From Auanema rhodensis (taxonomy: Eukaryota; Animalia; Nematoda), in assembly GCA_964057225.1 (NCBI GenBank), contig OZ059896.1:17794001-17858000 (forward strand): 64,000 bases of DNA. Reading direction: 5' to 3'. How positions within the stretch are numbered: the stretch's first letter is position 1; each line of letters starts with the position of its first letter. Both the position numbers and the translations under genes were made by a program. Shown here piece after piece: positions 52,533 to 64,000 of this stretch. The notes beneath the pieces are model-generated. The model had not been told where the DNA came from and made no database searches. It saw nothing but the letters and a program-made list of their open reading frames with translations.

Positions 52533-55417
52533 TCAGTTCGAAATTATATTTTGTATATTAACTTGTAAACCAATTACTGAAAATGATAGTCCCAATGCTA
52601 CGAAGAACAAATTAATTACTATTGTTTGAATGGTCAAAAATTTGTTTTTTTGTTCTAATACTGATGACAAAAAGGTATTTAGATAAATGATGGGTGGAAA
52701 TACTAAAGCCAAAAACATTCCTGAAAATATAAAATAAAGTTTCTATACATCTACTTCGAATAGCTTACCTGCGGATACGCCCACCAATGGTATCATTTCT
52801 TCCAAGTTCGGCAATAAAAACGCAGTTCCCACTGAAATTTCAAAACGATAATTTTATGTGTCGGCTGCTCTTTCTTTTGAGTATTGAATTTAACACAAAA
52901 TCTTTAAATTTCTATTAAATTAGTTATATTACCTGCAATGAAAAGCAGCAAAGAACGGAAAGCTAATTCAACTACGGTTTGAACCCAGTTCGGCTTGTGT
53001 TCAAGTTTACGCTTCAGCCACGGTAGGATAGCATCAATGACAGGGTATAACTGCATAAGAAATCCAGTGAAAATGACCAAAATCAAAAGAATTTTGACAG
53101 CCATGTTTAAACTGAAAAGGTCAACATGATTTTTAGTATGAATTAGAAGAAATAATTTGAATAATTAAACATATGCGCGTATACATATCTATATTTATAT
53201 AATATACGTAGTTCAAAGCATATAAATATGCTTATTATAATATATCTAACTGGATATATCCATATTTAATAGCAATATCATTGAATATTATTATATAATA
53301 ACGATTACCATAGGAGTGATTATAAATTGAAAAGAAAACAATAATTTACATACTTTGTATCCGGAAGATTAAGAGTGATAGTGCCCTTAGTTTCAGCTCC
53401 AAATGCAATATAACCAAAGAATCCACTTGAAGCATAGATTATAGTCACCTGTAACATCATTAGTTTACCTTAATTCCATTATATTATCATCGGCATTTTC
53501 ATTCATGTAAGCTTTCATCTAGGATTTCATCTCGCCTCTCTTTTCATTTCATTAATCTCATTGTCTTTGCAATTCGCTTTCTTCTTTTTTTTTTAATTTT
53601 TGGTTTTCAATTCTTACCAATGATATTCCAGTGTTTATGACTCCGGTGTAGCCAATCATCTCTTGGGGATGTCTCATTCGGTTCTCTAGTGGTAAAACCT
53701 GTAATGATGACGTAATAGAAGTCATATATTATGATATATCAGCATATGTTTTATAAATTTAAATTGTGGAAATATTTAAAAAGTTAATTAAAAATTAAAT
53801 TGATCTATCATATACACTACCTCTTTCTCTACACAAATACATAATCATTTTCTTTCTACTTTCTGTAGTCAAGTCTCTGTACTTGACACATTTATTTCAA
53901 ACAAGTTGCAACAGAAAGTTTGGCTTCTTTCTCGATCTATATCTCTCCTAACGGCTTCAGCTATTTCTATATCATTGATCATTCTTATTATTCAAAACAA
54001 TTTGATTAAAGTTTTCATTTTCATTTTAGAAACATCGTTGTTAGTTTTAAGTTTTTTCGTTATACTTTTGGTTAGTTGCAAACTTCACTCTTTTCATTCA
54101 CTTTATTCTCTTTCTGTCTTTCTCATATGTATTTCAGGCAGTTATTCAGTTTTTACCTAATACTATACATAATAATTCTCTTCTTTTCTTTTAATTTATA
54201 CTTTTTTTTCTGAATGAATGAGTTAGGTGTTGGCTCAATCTATGTACCTGAAATCATTGCCATTCGTTAAAGGTCCACTATTTAAAATTTTTTTTGAGGA
54301 TTGACAGCACATGAATTAAATTGAATTGCAAATTTCGTTTATTTTATTCCTACGAATTCTATTGTTTTGAAGTTGTATGTTCCCTGAGGTAGAACATAGT
54401 CCTAACAGATATGATTTATGACGTATACATATAAACTTCAAAAATTGAGTTAATGAATCAAAGCTCAACTCAAGTTAATTTGCTTGTTTCTTATGTTATC
54501 TCTCGTTTCTCCTTCTTCTTCCTTCTTTTCTTTGAGTTCTATGCTTATCATTTCAACATTTAATTTTTTGCTTAATCAGCTTTTTATTTGCTCTGGCTAA
54601 CGTGAACGACTCCCCTTCCCGCTTGAATGACGATCACACTTTTACAGCCTTTACGTGAACTTTGCACTTTCGGGGAAAATACTTTAGATACAGTAGAGCA
54701 GCTTGAGGCAATACACGTGAAAATTTGAGAACCTCTCTCCATCTTAGAATATTTCAAGCATAATTTCTTATATTTTCAAAGAGAAAAAAGATACAATGTT
54801 ACCATGGCCTGTCCTTCAAATGAGTAAATAATTGCTCCAGCTGATGCAGCTACATCTCGAAAGCTTGTAACTCCAGGTAAATCACGCCAATCATGTGTTT
54901 TTGTCATTAACAGCAATTGCTGAAATTATATGTTTATAAAAGATAATTTATGCTTTTGTATGTGAAGTTCAACAACAACTGCTATATGATGTTGATTGAT
55001 GATCAATTTAAAAGATAAAGATCAAAGAAATACAAAAATATTGATAAGGTTCTAACCGAAAAAATGATAGTTATAGACGCTATCATCAAGACATTGCCAG
55101 CTAGACTAATGAAAGACATCACGTAGATGGATCTGTAATAAATGTCAGCTCAATTAACAAAGTCATATTGCCCATTGTTTGGATGTTCAGCTTTTGAACT
55201 AAACTATATATTATCTATTGAATCTATTATCTATATGGAATGCTCTTCTTCAATGAATCTTTTTTTCATTGCAAATTATAAAAATCACATACCTGACCCA
55301 TGATATGAGAAGAAACGGAGCCAATGCAAAAAGGAAATAAGTGCGTTTTTCGAAAATCACATCTGGATCAATATGCTCAACAATCTGCAAATTCTTATCT
55401 AGTATTTGAATAGATTT

Positions 55418-55482
<65 letters not shown>

Positions 55483-55836
55483 AATATATATATAGGTATA
55501 TATAAATATCACAAAAAAATTTTCAATTTTAGTTCAAATTATACTTTGACCAAAAAAATACAAAACGTACAATTTGGAGTGACGCAAATAGACAACAAGA
55601 TTTTACCTCTTTCACATGATCAGTGACAAAAATGAAGAAAACACTACAAACTCCTAGCTGTAACGCAACCAAACAGAAGTTGACTACAAATCTAAAAGAT
55701 AATTTAATGCTCAACTCTTGTCGTACTAAGTACTATATGGCAACATCATATCAGCTAACTATGCAATACATTCTTACAGTTACATCTAACAACTTTAGAC
55801 TATGATCAGCTTATCTTGAACAAAAAAAAACTATTT

Positions 55837-55897
<61 letters not shown>

Positions 55898-56992
55898 CTT
55901 TTTCCCTTCCCCCTCTTACTCTCTTTGCAAGGGTTACTATCGGTCTTGATGTTCGTTCTTTCCTCATATCTATTGTACTAATACAGTGAAATCAAAGAAG
56001 TTTGCAAGATTTTCATGGAATTATTGTTATAACTGAAATGATTTCATGGTTGGCTTTTTCAATATTACGTCTACAGAAAGAAAAAATGAGAACATAAGGA
56101 AATTCTCATATAGATATGCACATACTCCTTATTCACAATCACAGTATCACATATAAGTTATAATCCATTTCTTGTTCCTCTTTCTCCTTCTTTTCACATC
56201 AAAAGCACCACCTTTAATCATTTTTCTTCTCTTTACAATAACATTCTTTAAGATATTATTCTGCTCAACAAGCTAATTGATCAGGTTATTTTTTCAGAAT
56301 TTCAATTCAACGAAAGCTATATATACACCATGATCAAGCTAAAGTTTTTGCTTTGGTATCATTATATTTTTGTCCCTCCTCCTTGTTGCCTTTTGTCTCT
56401 CTTTCTCTCTATCCCTAGTTCTAGTTTCTCCTCCCATGCTCTTTCACTTATTGTATAAATACCTTCTCGTTCATCCTTTCCGTTCATTCATACTCAGATT
56501 AATCCAACGTCCACCTTATCCACTCTTCAACATCTCCTTTGACTATAAATTTGAAAAAGCATATTTACTTTTGCGTTTTCTTTTACAATTCCAACATTAA
56601 TGTCATTCAAAAACCATAATAATCACTTAACGACTTCTTCACTTCATTTCTCATTCATATCAATCATCTTAATGACTTTTCTACTGCTTTCTCTTTCTCT
56701 CTCTTTCTCTCAACCTCTCAACCGCTTAACCTCTCTATGTTCACTTACAACTGTTTATGTAATAGTTGATACCTACCTAGCGCATGGAGCAAATCTCCTC
56801 AAGAATACAACATATCCTTTTTCAAAAGCTTTCTCTGCCAATCGTCCATAATCTAGTGCATCCGTATTATAACTAAAATAAATAAATTATTATCTATAAA
56901 CACATGCTTATAGCGCCTTTTCAAATATTTTTTCACAATTGTACCTCTTTCACTCTTTCATCTCTCCCTCTTTCTCTCCCTCTCTCTCTCTA

Positions 56993-57089
<97 letters not shown>

Positions 57090-57858
57090 AATTTCATTAA
57101 AATCAAAACGTTTAAATATAAAATTTGAACCTTATTTTTACAAAATATAGTTTTAGTTGACAACAGTCATCAGCATCAATTCTTTTATAATATCTTATCA
57201 TAAACTTATCTATTGTTTTGTATTTTTTAAGAAATATGTATGTTCCACTTAAGATTTACCTTCTTTTGAAATATTGAGCACATCGTACTAGTTTCTGCAT
57301 ACATATTGATGTAAAGAATCCCAAGAGAAATACTAATACAAAGCCAGCCTGTAAATATTTTTGTTAGAATTCACCTGTGCTCATTCACAGGTGCACTTGA
57401 ATGATCTTTCATGATCTCAAAAGAGAATAATGTCATTTTACTAATAAGGTTAGTAATTTCCTTTATAATTATCCAAAAATATAATATTTAATTATGATTA
57501 TTTGAGAAAAAACTATATAATTTTAATATTGTTTTACCCATAGTCCAGCCATTTTAAATGCCAAAGGTAATGAGAAACATCCTGGTCCAATCATTCCTTT
57601 GAGAAAATTTATTAAAGCTAAATGTGCTCTGAAACAATAATATCATCATGAGAACAGAGACCATTTTGTATACAAAATATCAATTTATCATTCTCTTTTA
57701 TGACTTTTCAAATAAAATTTCAGAAAAATGGGTTTTGATTGTGTTTGTGTTATTGAAAAAGTTGAAAGATGAACTTACGAGATTCCTCTTTTGGATGATG
57801 CGTTTAAGGCGGTTGTTGAACCATCTTCTATTGTTAATGGACTAACTTTATTTGTCAT
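52533..57858 (-). CDS. SLC36/PAT-like proton-coupled amino-acid transporter (Aa_trans)
   Basis: ALINFLKGMIGPGCFSLPLAFKMAGLW, LDYGRLAE, VNFCLVALQLGVCSVFFIFV, GAIIYSFEGQAMVLPLENRMRHP, GFFGYIAFG...ITLNLP, LPNLEEMIPLVG. Confidence 0.92.
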
Positions 57859-59216
57859 TTTCGTTTATTAAATTGAAAAATAACAATATGATGGTGATAT
57901 GTTTAAGCTCTGAGCGCTAACCAAGGGAGAAATTATTATATAGAGAGAGAAGATGGGGTGGGGGGGGGGGGAGAGGGGGGGAGATAGCTAGCGGGAAATG
58001 AGAGCCCGTCGTGTTGGTATGTATGAGATAGTCAGATAGATGCTAAGAGAATGACTACAAAATCTGAAAAAAAAAGATAAAAAGAAGCATTAATAAATAA
58101 ATAAATAAAATAAAAAGCGAATAGATTATCATTAAACATCATAGAATTGACCCTGACGACGAAATGTGTGTAATGAGAGATGGTGATTGAAGAGAGTATG
58201 TGACGGTTATGATGTGGGAAGGTGTGCTGGTTTTACAAAAGAAGTGAGAGAGAGATAGAGAGAGAAAAAGAAAAAGAGACAGAGAGAGACAATTGAATTC
58301 CATAATTTCATTGTTCAGCCTTTGATCATATAAGAAATAAACTGTTCTGGAACCATTGAGTGAACACATCATGAACGTTCTAAGTTTGCCGGTAAAGTTG
58401 AAACAATCACAATATACAAAGTAAATTATCGAGAGAGAGATAGAGGAATGGAGAGAGAGAAAAAAAGAGAGAGAGAGAGACAAAGGAAAACGAAGAAGAA
58501 GAGAGTAAGAGAGGTGAAATTTGAAAAAGTAAGGATACTTGATTTGAAATGAAACAATTAATGACAGAGAGCAAAGATGTGTGTTCATAGTTTTCATGTT
58601 CATGATAGAAAAGTCAAAAAGTTGAAAATTCGGTATTTTTTGGAAATAAATTGAAAAATATATATTATGAATAAGATATAATTTATCATTAAAATAGGTA
58701 AGATTAGAGGAATAAAGAGAGAGAGAGAGAGGGGGGGGGGTGGAAAGAGAGCGAGAGAGAGAGAGAGAGATGTTGAAGAGATGATGAACTTAATATAGTA
58801 ATAAGAGGTTAATATCTTAATAATGACAATATTTCATTTTTTTTAAAGTTTCGAAATTTGTTTCTCTGAAAAAATAATTTTTTTCCTTTCATCTGATGTA
58901 CTTCCGTGCTATATATACATGTACCGTTGTTATTCAGATGAGGATGATGATGACGACTATATTCATTGTATAGACAGTAGCCATTCAAAAAAAGTTATTT
59001 TATAAACTGTTAGCCACAAAAATATTTCCTTCTATCATTATAAATCTTTCCCTTTCTATCTTTTTATCTCTCAATTTCTCTATATATTTCATTTGTCATT
59101 TCATCCTCCAAACATTCTCTTACTTTCAATCCTATTCATAGTCTTTACCTCCCTCCATTTCTGTCTGTTTCTCTCTCTTCTCTCTCTCCCCCCCTCTCTC
59201 TCTCTCACTCTCTCTC

Positions 59217-59262
<46 letters not shown>

Positions 59263-59707
59263 ACTCGTTGTATTCTTTTTAACTTCATTCGAGTTTTTCC
59301 TCTCTGATAACTTTTTTTCGTATACATTTACTGTATCTTATTCATTTTTTAATTCAATTGGTCGAAAAAATAACATGAAATGCAGTATTCTTTTTGTGAA
59401 AAAAAAAGATTAAAAAGCTGTGTCGGCATTCAAAAGAGTGAACAAATTATTTGAGTTCATACACAGGTAAAATACATGAACATAGAGGGGGTGGGTGTGA
59501 ATCTGTGTGTGTATGTGTGTACATTCATGTACGTATGCAGGTGTAGGTGGCGAAAAACATAGGAGACGGAAAGGAAGATATAAAGTACTAGGAATATTTT
59601 TGAAACTTATTTACTATGAAAAATAGAAAAATTAGAACATATTTAAAAGGGAAATAATATAAATTATGAATGTAAGATAGAGAAAAAAGATTTATATATA
59701 TGTAAAG

Positions 59708-59749
<42 letters not shown>

Positions 59750-60762
59750 GAGAGAGAGAGAGGGAGAGATATTAAGAAACAATGATGTATCGCAATTCAA
59801 TTGAAGATTCAATATTCATATGTAATAAGAACTAATAAAAAATGTCGGAGATAAACCAAAAAATGCTATTCAGAAAGCTAAAATTTCGAACATCGGTCAT
59901 TGTGATGAGCATTAGTGACGTCTTATTGCTATATCCATCTTTTGGGGAGGAACAACAGACTGGCAACTGTGTCTATGTCCATAAGCTCAGTAGTGATGAA
60001 CTTGTAGCTTAGTCAGAGCAGGTCCGGTGGGAAGCAATGCAGTGCTCAGACTGATTTAGATACAAAGTTTAATTTGGTGGCTTCCCCCACCCATTCTTCA
60101 GCTCTGCTGATGGTGGGGGGAGGGATGAAGAGATGATACCAGTCCATTTCACAGTATTTTTCCTGAATTCTCTTCGTTCTCTGCTCATTCACAGCTTCAA
60201 TCTCTCTATATTGCTCTGTTAGTCGTATTCTCTTTTGAGTTCACAATCACTCGTTCATCTTTCCATTATAATCATTTTCACTGCTGCTAACAATCCGTCT
60301 CTCTCTCTTTCTTTATCTTTCTCTCTCCCTCTCTATTCCTCCTCTCTCTCTTGCTATCTAAATGATATGTTCATATCTATCTTGAACAGTTTACCCTTTT
60401 TCTCCAAATTTATCTTTGATATGATCAACTATCTATTTCTTTGCTGAATTTTAAAAATCATTTTCATATTTATTCTTAATTAAAAGTTCATTTGTCTAAC
60501 GAATTATATTTAAAGATAAAAAACGATTAAAACTCTTCTCATTGAATAGAATGTGAAGAGTTTTTTAATCATTTCTTTGCACTTCTCGCTCTCTCTATTT
60601 ATCTGTCTCTCTCTTCCTCTCTCTCTTTCTTTCTCTTTCTCTCTCTCTCTCTAAATATCGTTCTCTTCCTATCTTGTCAATACATTTTGATCGTCACTGT
60701 TCTCTCATCGTTGATCGTTATCTTTTCAGCCTTAACGAAATTTTCATATTTACAGTTAAAAC

Positions 60763-61518
60763 ATGTTCAGCAAAGCCGTCCTTCTTCTATCATTACTTTT
60801 TGTAATCAGTTCAGGTAATAGAAACAATTAATACTTTTGAAGATTATAAAGTAAATATTTGAAAAGTTCCTTAAAATTGCAAAAGATATACACACACATA
60901 CAGTCTCATACCCTCATACACACATACAAACATATACTATATCATCATTTAGCATCAAAGATAATCAAAATAATACTATGTGTCTGTCTGTCTGTCTGTC
61001 TGTGTGTTGTATCATGTGAGAGATAATACTCAATTCATCTGTCTACTTTCGTCACTCCCCCCCCCCATTTTTCATAAAAATAAATAAAAATATTTGTTTT
61101 TTTCAGCAACTAGAGATACCTTCAAGCGAACTCCCAGCTTACTCGATTATCTTAAATCTCCAATGTTAATGGGATATGCACCTCAGGAGTATAATAAGGT
61201 TGGATGATGAACATCATACAAATTTCGATTCTAACAGAACTTTTCAAAAATTAGAAATTTTTTTCAAAATTGTATTCCAAGTTTATTGAAGAAAGTTTTA
61301 AGTTTTCACAAAACAACATACATTATTCCATTTTTCATGTTTTTACTTGAACAATTATCTTATTTATCAAACAAAAAAGAATATTATATATCTACAAATT
61401 GAATAAAATAAATAATCAAATAGAATATATTCATATTCAGGAACTTCCAAATTTGCAATATCTGATGTATCTACGTGATCCTCCTCATGGTGCAAATTCC
61501 ATGTTAACATTTCCATGA
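60763..61518 (+). CDS. Small secreted peptide precursor (73 aa, 3 exons), not in the ORF track
   Basis: Exons 60763-60814, 61107-61198 and 61441-61518 join in frame at CAG|gtaata..tttcag and AAG|gttgga..attcag. Protein: MFSKAVLLLSLLFVISSATRDTFKRTPSLLDYLKSPMLMGYAPQEYNKELPNLQYLMYLRDPPHGANSMLTFP*. Confidence 0.72.
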
Positions 61519-61849
61519 TAAAATACATAATAAGAAGACTGCATAACATGATCCGAATCTCGAACTCTTTGTAATAATCTACGTCTCATGTGTAATTTAA
61601 TTGAAAAAAATCTTTTTTTTTTCATGTTTTTTTTGATTAAATATACATTGACTTTGAAAATAAATTAAACAGAGTATATACTATTATATGAACAATAATA
61701 ACAATAATAATAATAATAATAGTTATATATATTTTTATTATGATTAAGAAAAAATATCGTAAAAACTATATAATAACGTCTATTTTCTTGTCAGTTTTAT
61801 TCTTTTATTTTTTCAATTTTCAATGTATATTATTCACTGTTTGTATGCT

Positions 61850-61899
<50 letters not shown>

Positions 61900-61985
61900 T
61901 TATCTCTCATGTTTCGTCAATACACAGTACATATTTAGAGTTTAAACAGAAAACATTGAAAAGAGATTCAAAGAAACAAATTGTT

Positions 61986-62626
61986 TTATTCATATTTTTC
62001 CACACTAGAACTTCGATGTGTGTGGAAAGTACGTCGAGCCAGTTGACGTAATGGTCGAAGAAAACCACTAGATTCGTTCTTTTTTTCTGAAAAAAAAATT
62101 TTTTTCTTCTGCAAAGTAAGAAGATGAAAAAAAATTGTATTTATAACTAAAGATGAAAATTTAGTCAACTGATGGTATATTTCTTAATACTTATTAATGG
62201 AAATATATGCGCAAACCTTGAAACTTCCTGTTCGCTAAGTGGTTGATTCGTGGTAGTGTATGCGAATGCGATATTTGAACTGAAGCTAAAAAAGAAAATT
62301 TTAATAAAAAATTCATTAAATAGCATTATTTGTTTTCTTATTTTTTAAATTTGAAATAATAATTTTCAACAAAATGCGTTAAAGCCTGAGCTTTAAAGTA
62401 CACAACTTGGAGAATAAAAAAGAATACATAAGAATTCTTTTGATCAATTCATGTAAATTGTTGGTTGTTCTTCTGCCAAAACGAATATTATAACGTCTTG
62501 AAACATACTTAGATCATTCAAAGTTGTACTTGAGCTTGACTCAGATATGAGCGTTGTTCCTCCATCCTTGTTAGCTTTTCGATTCTTGATGTCTGTATTG
62601 AAACCGATCTGAAATTTATAAAATGA

Positions 62627-62676
<50 letters not shown>

Positions 62677-63653
62677 AAGAGAGATTACTAATTTTCTATA
62701 ATAATTTCATGATAAGCCAATATCTGTTAAAACTATCATCCGAAAGAAGAATATAAAACTTGAGTATTAAATTGAAATAAAAATATTTTTTTTACGAAAT
62801 TTGTTTCTTACGTTGTGTAAATAATTGATATAAACTTGTCTTGTAATATAGACATAATATAAATAACTATTCATAATAATTTCTTTATATTATTCATTTT
62901 ATTTTAATATTTTTGATAATAATAATAATAAAAAACAGGAAATTACTTATATAAATTAAAAATTCTAGTACCTTCATTCTCTTAATAAGAACGCGAAGTA
63001 CATTACGCCAACATATAATTGTTCTATCCAAATTAGTGATATTATGAAAATAAGAATCCTGTTTTTTTAAATAAATAATAAAAATAAGTTCGCCATTTTA
63101 CATAAAACATACTGATTCCAATACTTTACGAAAATGAAATAAAGTACATTCGATGAAAACAGCCCAATAATATGGTTTAAATCCACGTTGTTCAGCTAGA
63201 CGACCATGTACTCGGCCTAGATTATCACACAAACTATCAACAGATGTTGGATTATCAAGTGCTTCAACTACTGATTCCAGTACCTAAATCAGTTAGATCA
63301 AGTTTGGATATGTTCTATGATATCATATAGTATGTATATGTATGTTTCGAAATCAGAATAACTAGCTGATGTACCTGCATAAAACGTAAAGCGTGAAATT
63401 CCATTTCTTTGCTATATGTTCCATTCTGAGAAACTTTCATAAAAGGGAAAAGCTGTAATCATATAATTCGTTCATCAAACTTAAGTGTTAGAGTAGAAAT
63501 CTCAAGAAATTTTACCTGCTTAGCGTCTGGACTCTGGCTGAATATCATTTCAAATATACAGGAAGCTGTTGAATTAATGTTTTTTTTCAAAATTCCCCAA
63601 CTTCTTCGAATAAAAGTTTTATCTTCAGGAGTAATACACTCAAGAGCATCCAT
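61986..63653 (-). CDS. Nematode globin (glb family) with C-terminal extension; further 5' exons possible
   Basis: A-helix ITPEDKTFIRRSW, CD1 LFPF, distal His FHALRFMQVL, proximal His LGRVHGRL, GFKPYYWAVF. Seven exons in frame, ending SSSVEKYE*. Confidence 0.92.
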
Positions 63654-64000
63654 CTCTTTCAATTTTATTTTAAATAAAAAAAAACAAAAATATTGTTTTA
63701 ATTACCTAAAAGGAAAAAAAGTTTTTAATTTATTAACAATGTTGTTAAATGAAAAGAATAATAAGATTAAAAGAAACAATTGATTTCAAAAAAATAATTG
63801 AAATCAAACAAAAAAAAACTTGACAGTTGATAGATACATATATGAAATTTATAAAAAAAAGTATTATAGATAAATGGAAGCACAGCTGCATTTAACACAT
63901 AGCTTCACAAGATATTTGGTTTTTTTGTTTGAAAAACAACAAAAAGAAAAGATATAAATAAAATAAATTAGAATACAACTATGTATATTTATTATAAATA

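Noticed and set aside
59993-60054. GTGATGA...CTGA resembling a C/D-box snoRNA
   Set aside because: No terminal stem and no recognisable rRNA complementarity.
1-64000. CRISPR arrays, telomeric TTAGGC arrays, tRNA/rRNA, DNA-elimination break motifs, non-standard genetic code
   Set aside because: None seen by eye, and the gene models translate cleanly with the standard code. tRNAscan-SE and Infernal would be needed to exclude small RNAs.

Overview
AT-rich eukaryotic genomic DNA from a nematode (probably rhabditid/clade V). Genes have many 45-55 nt GT-AG introns with TTTCAG-type acceptors, so the ORF track shows only fragments and all gene models were spliced by eye. 18 protein-coding genes are supported, in order: osm-9 TRPV channel (+; degenerate mariner in an intron), WDR36/UTP21 (-), an MH1-less Smad ending SSTS (+), a ground-like gene, a 4-TM protein and a second ground-like gene (+), NCX-3-type Na/Ca exchanger (+), CHH/ITP-family neuropeptide (+), IMMP2L (+), a probable three-gene operon on the minus strand (transcribed MINDY DUB > makorin/lep-2 > SPIN90/Ldb17-domain protein), RIF1 (+), vha-19/Ac45 (+), an unassigned secreted 10-Cys protein (+), an SLC36 transporter (-), a 73-aa secreted peptide precursor missing from the ORF track (+), and a globin (-). 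The strongest leads are a RIF1 lacking most of its N-terminal HEAT solenoid, the hidden peptide gene, the DUB/E3 operon, and a perfect nested foldback (30825-30993). No rRNA, tRNA, SL RNA or CRISPR was recognised. Family calls rest on recalled motifs, not on database searches.
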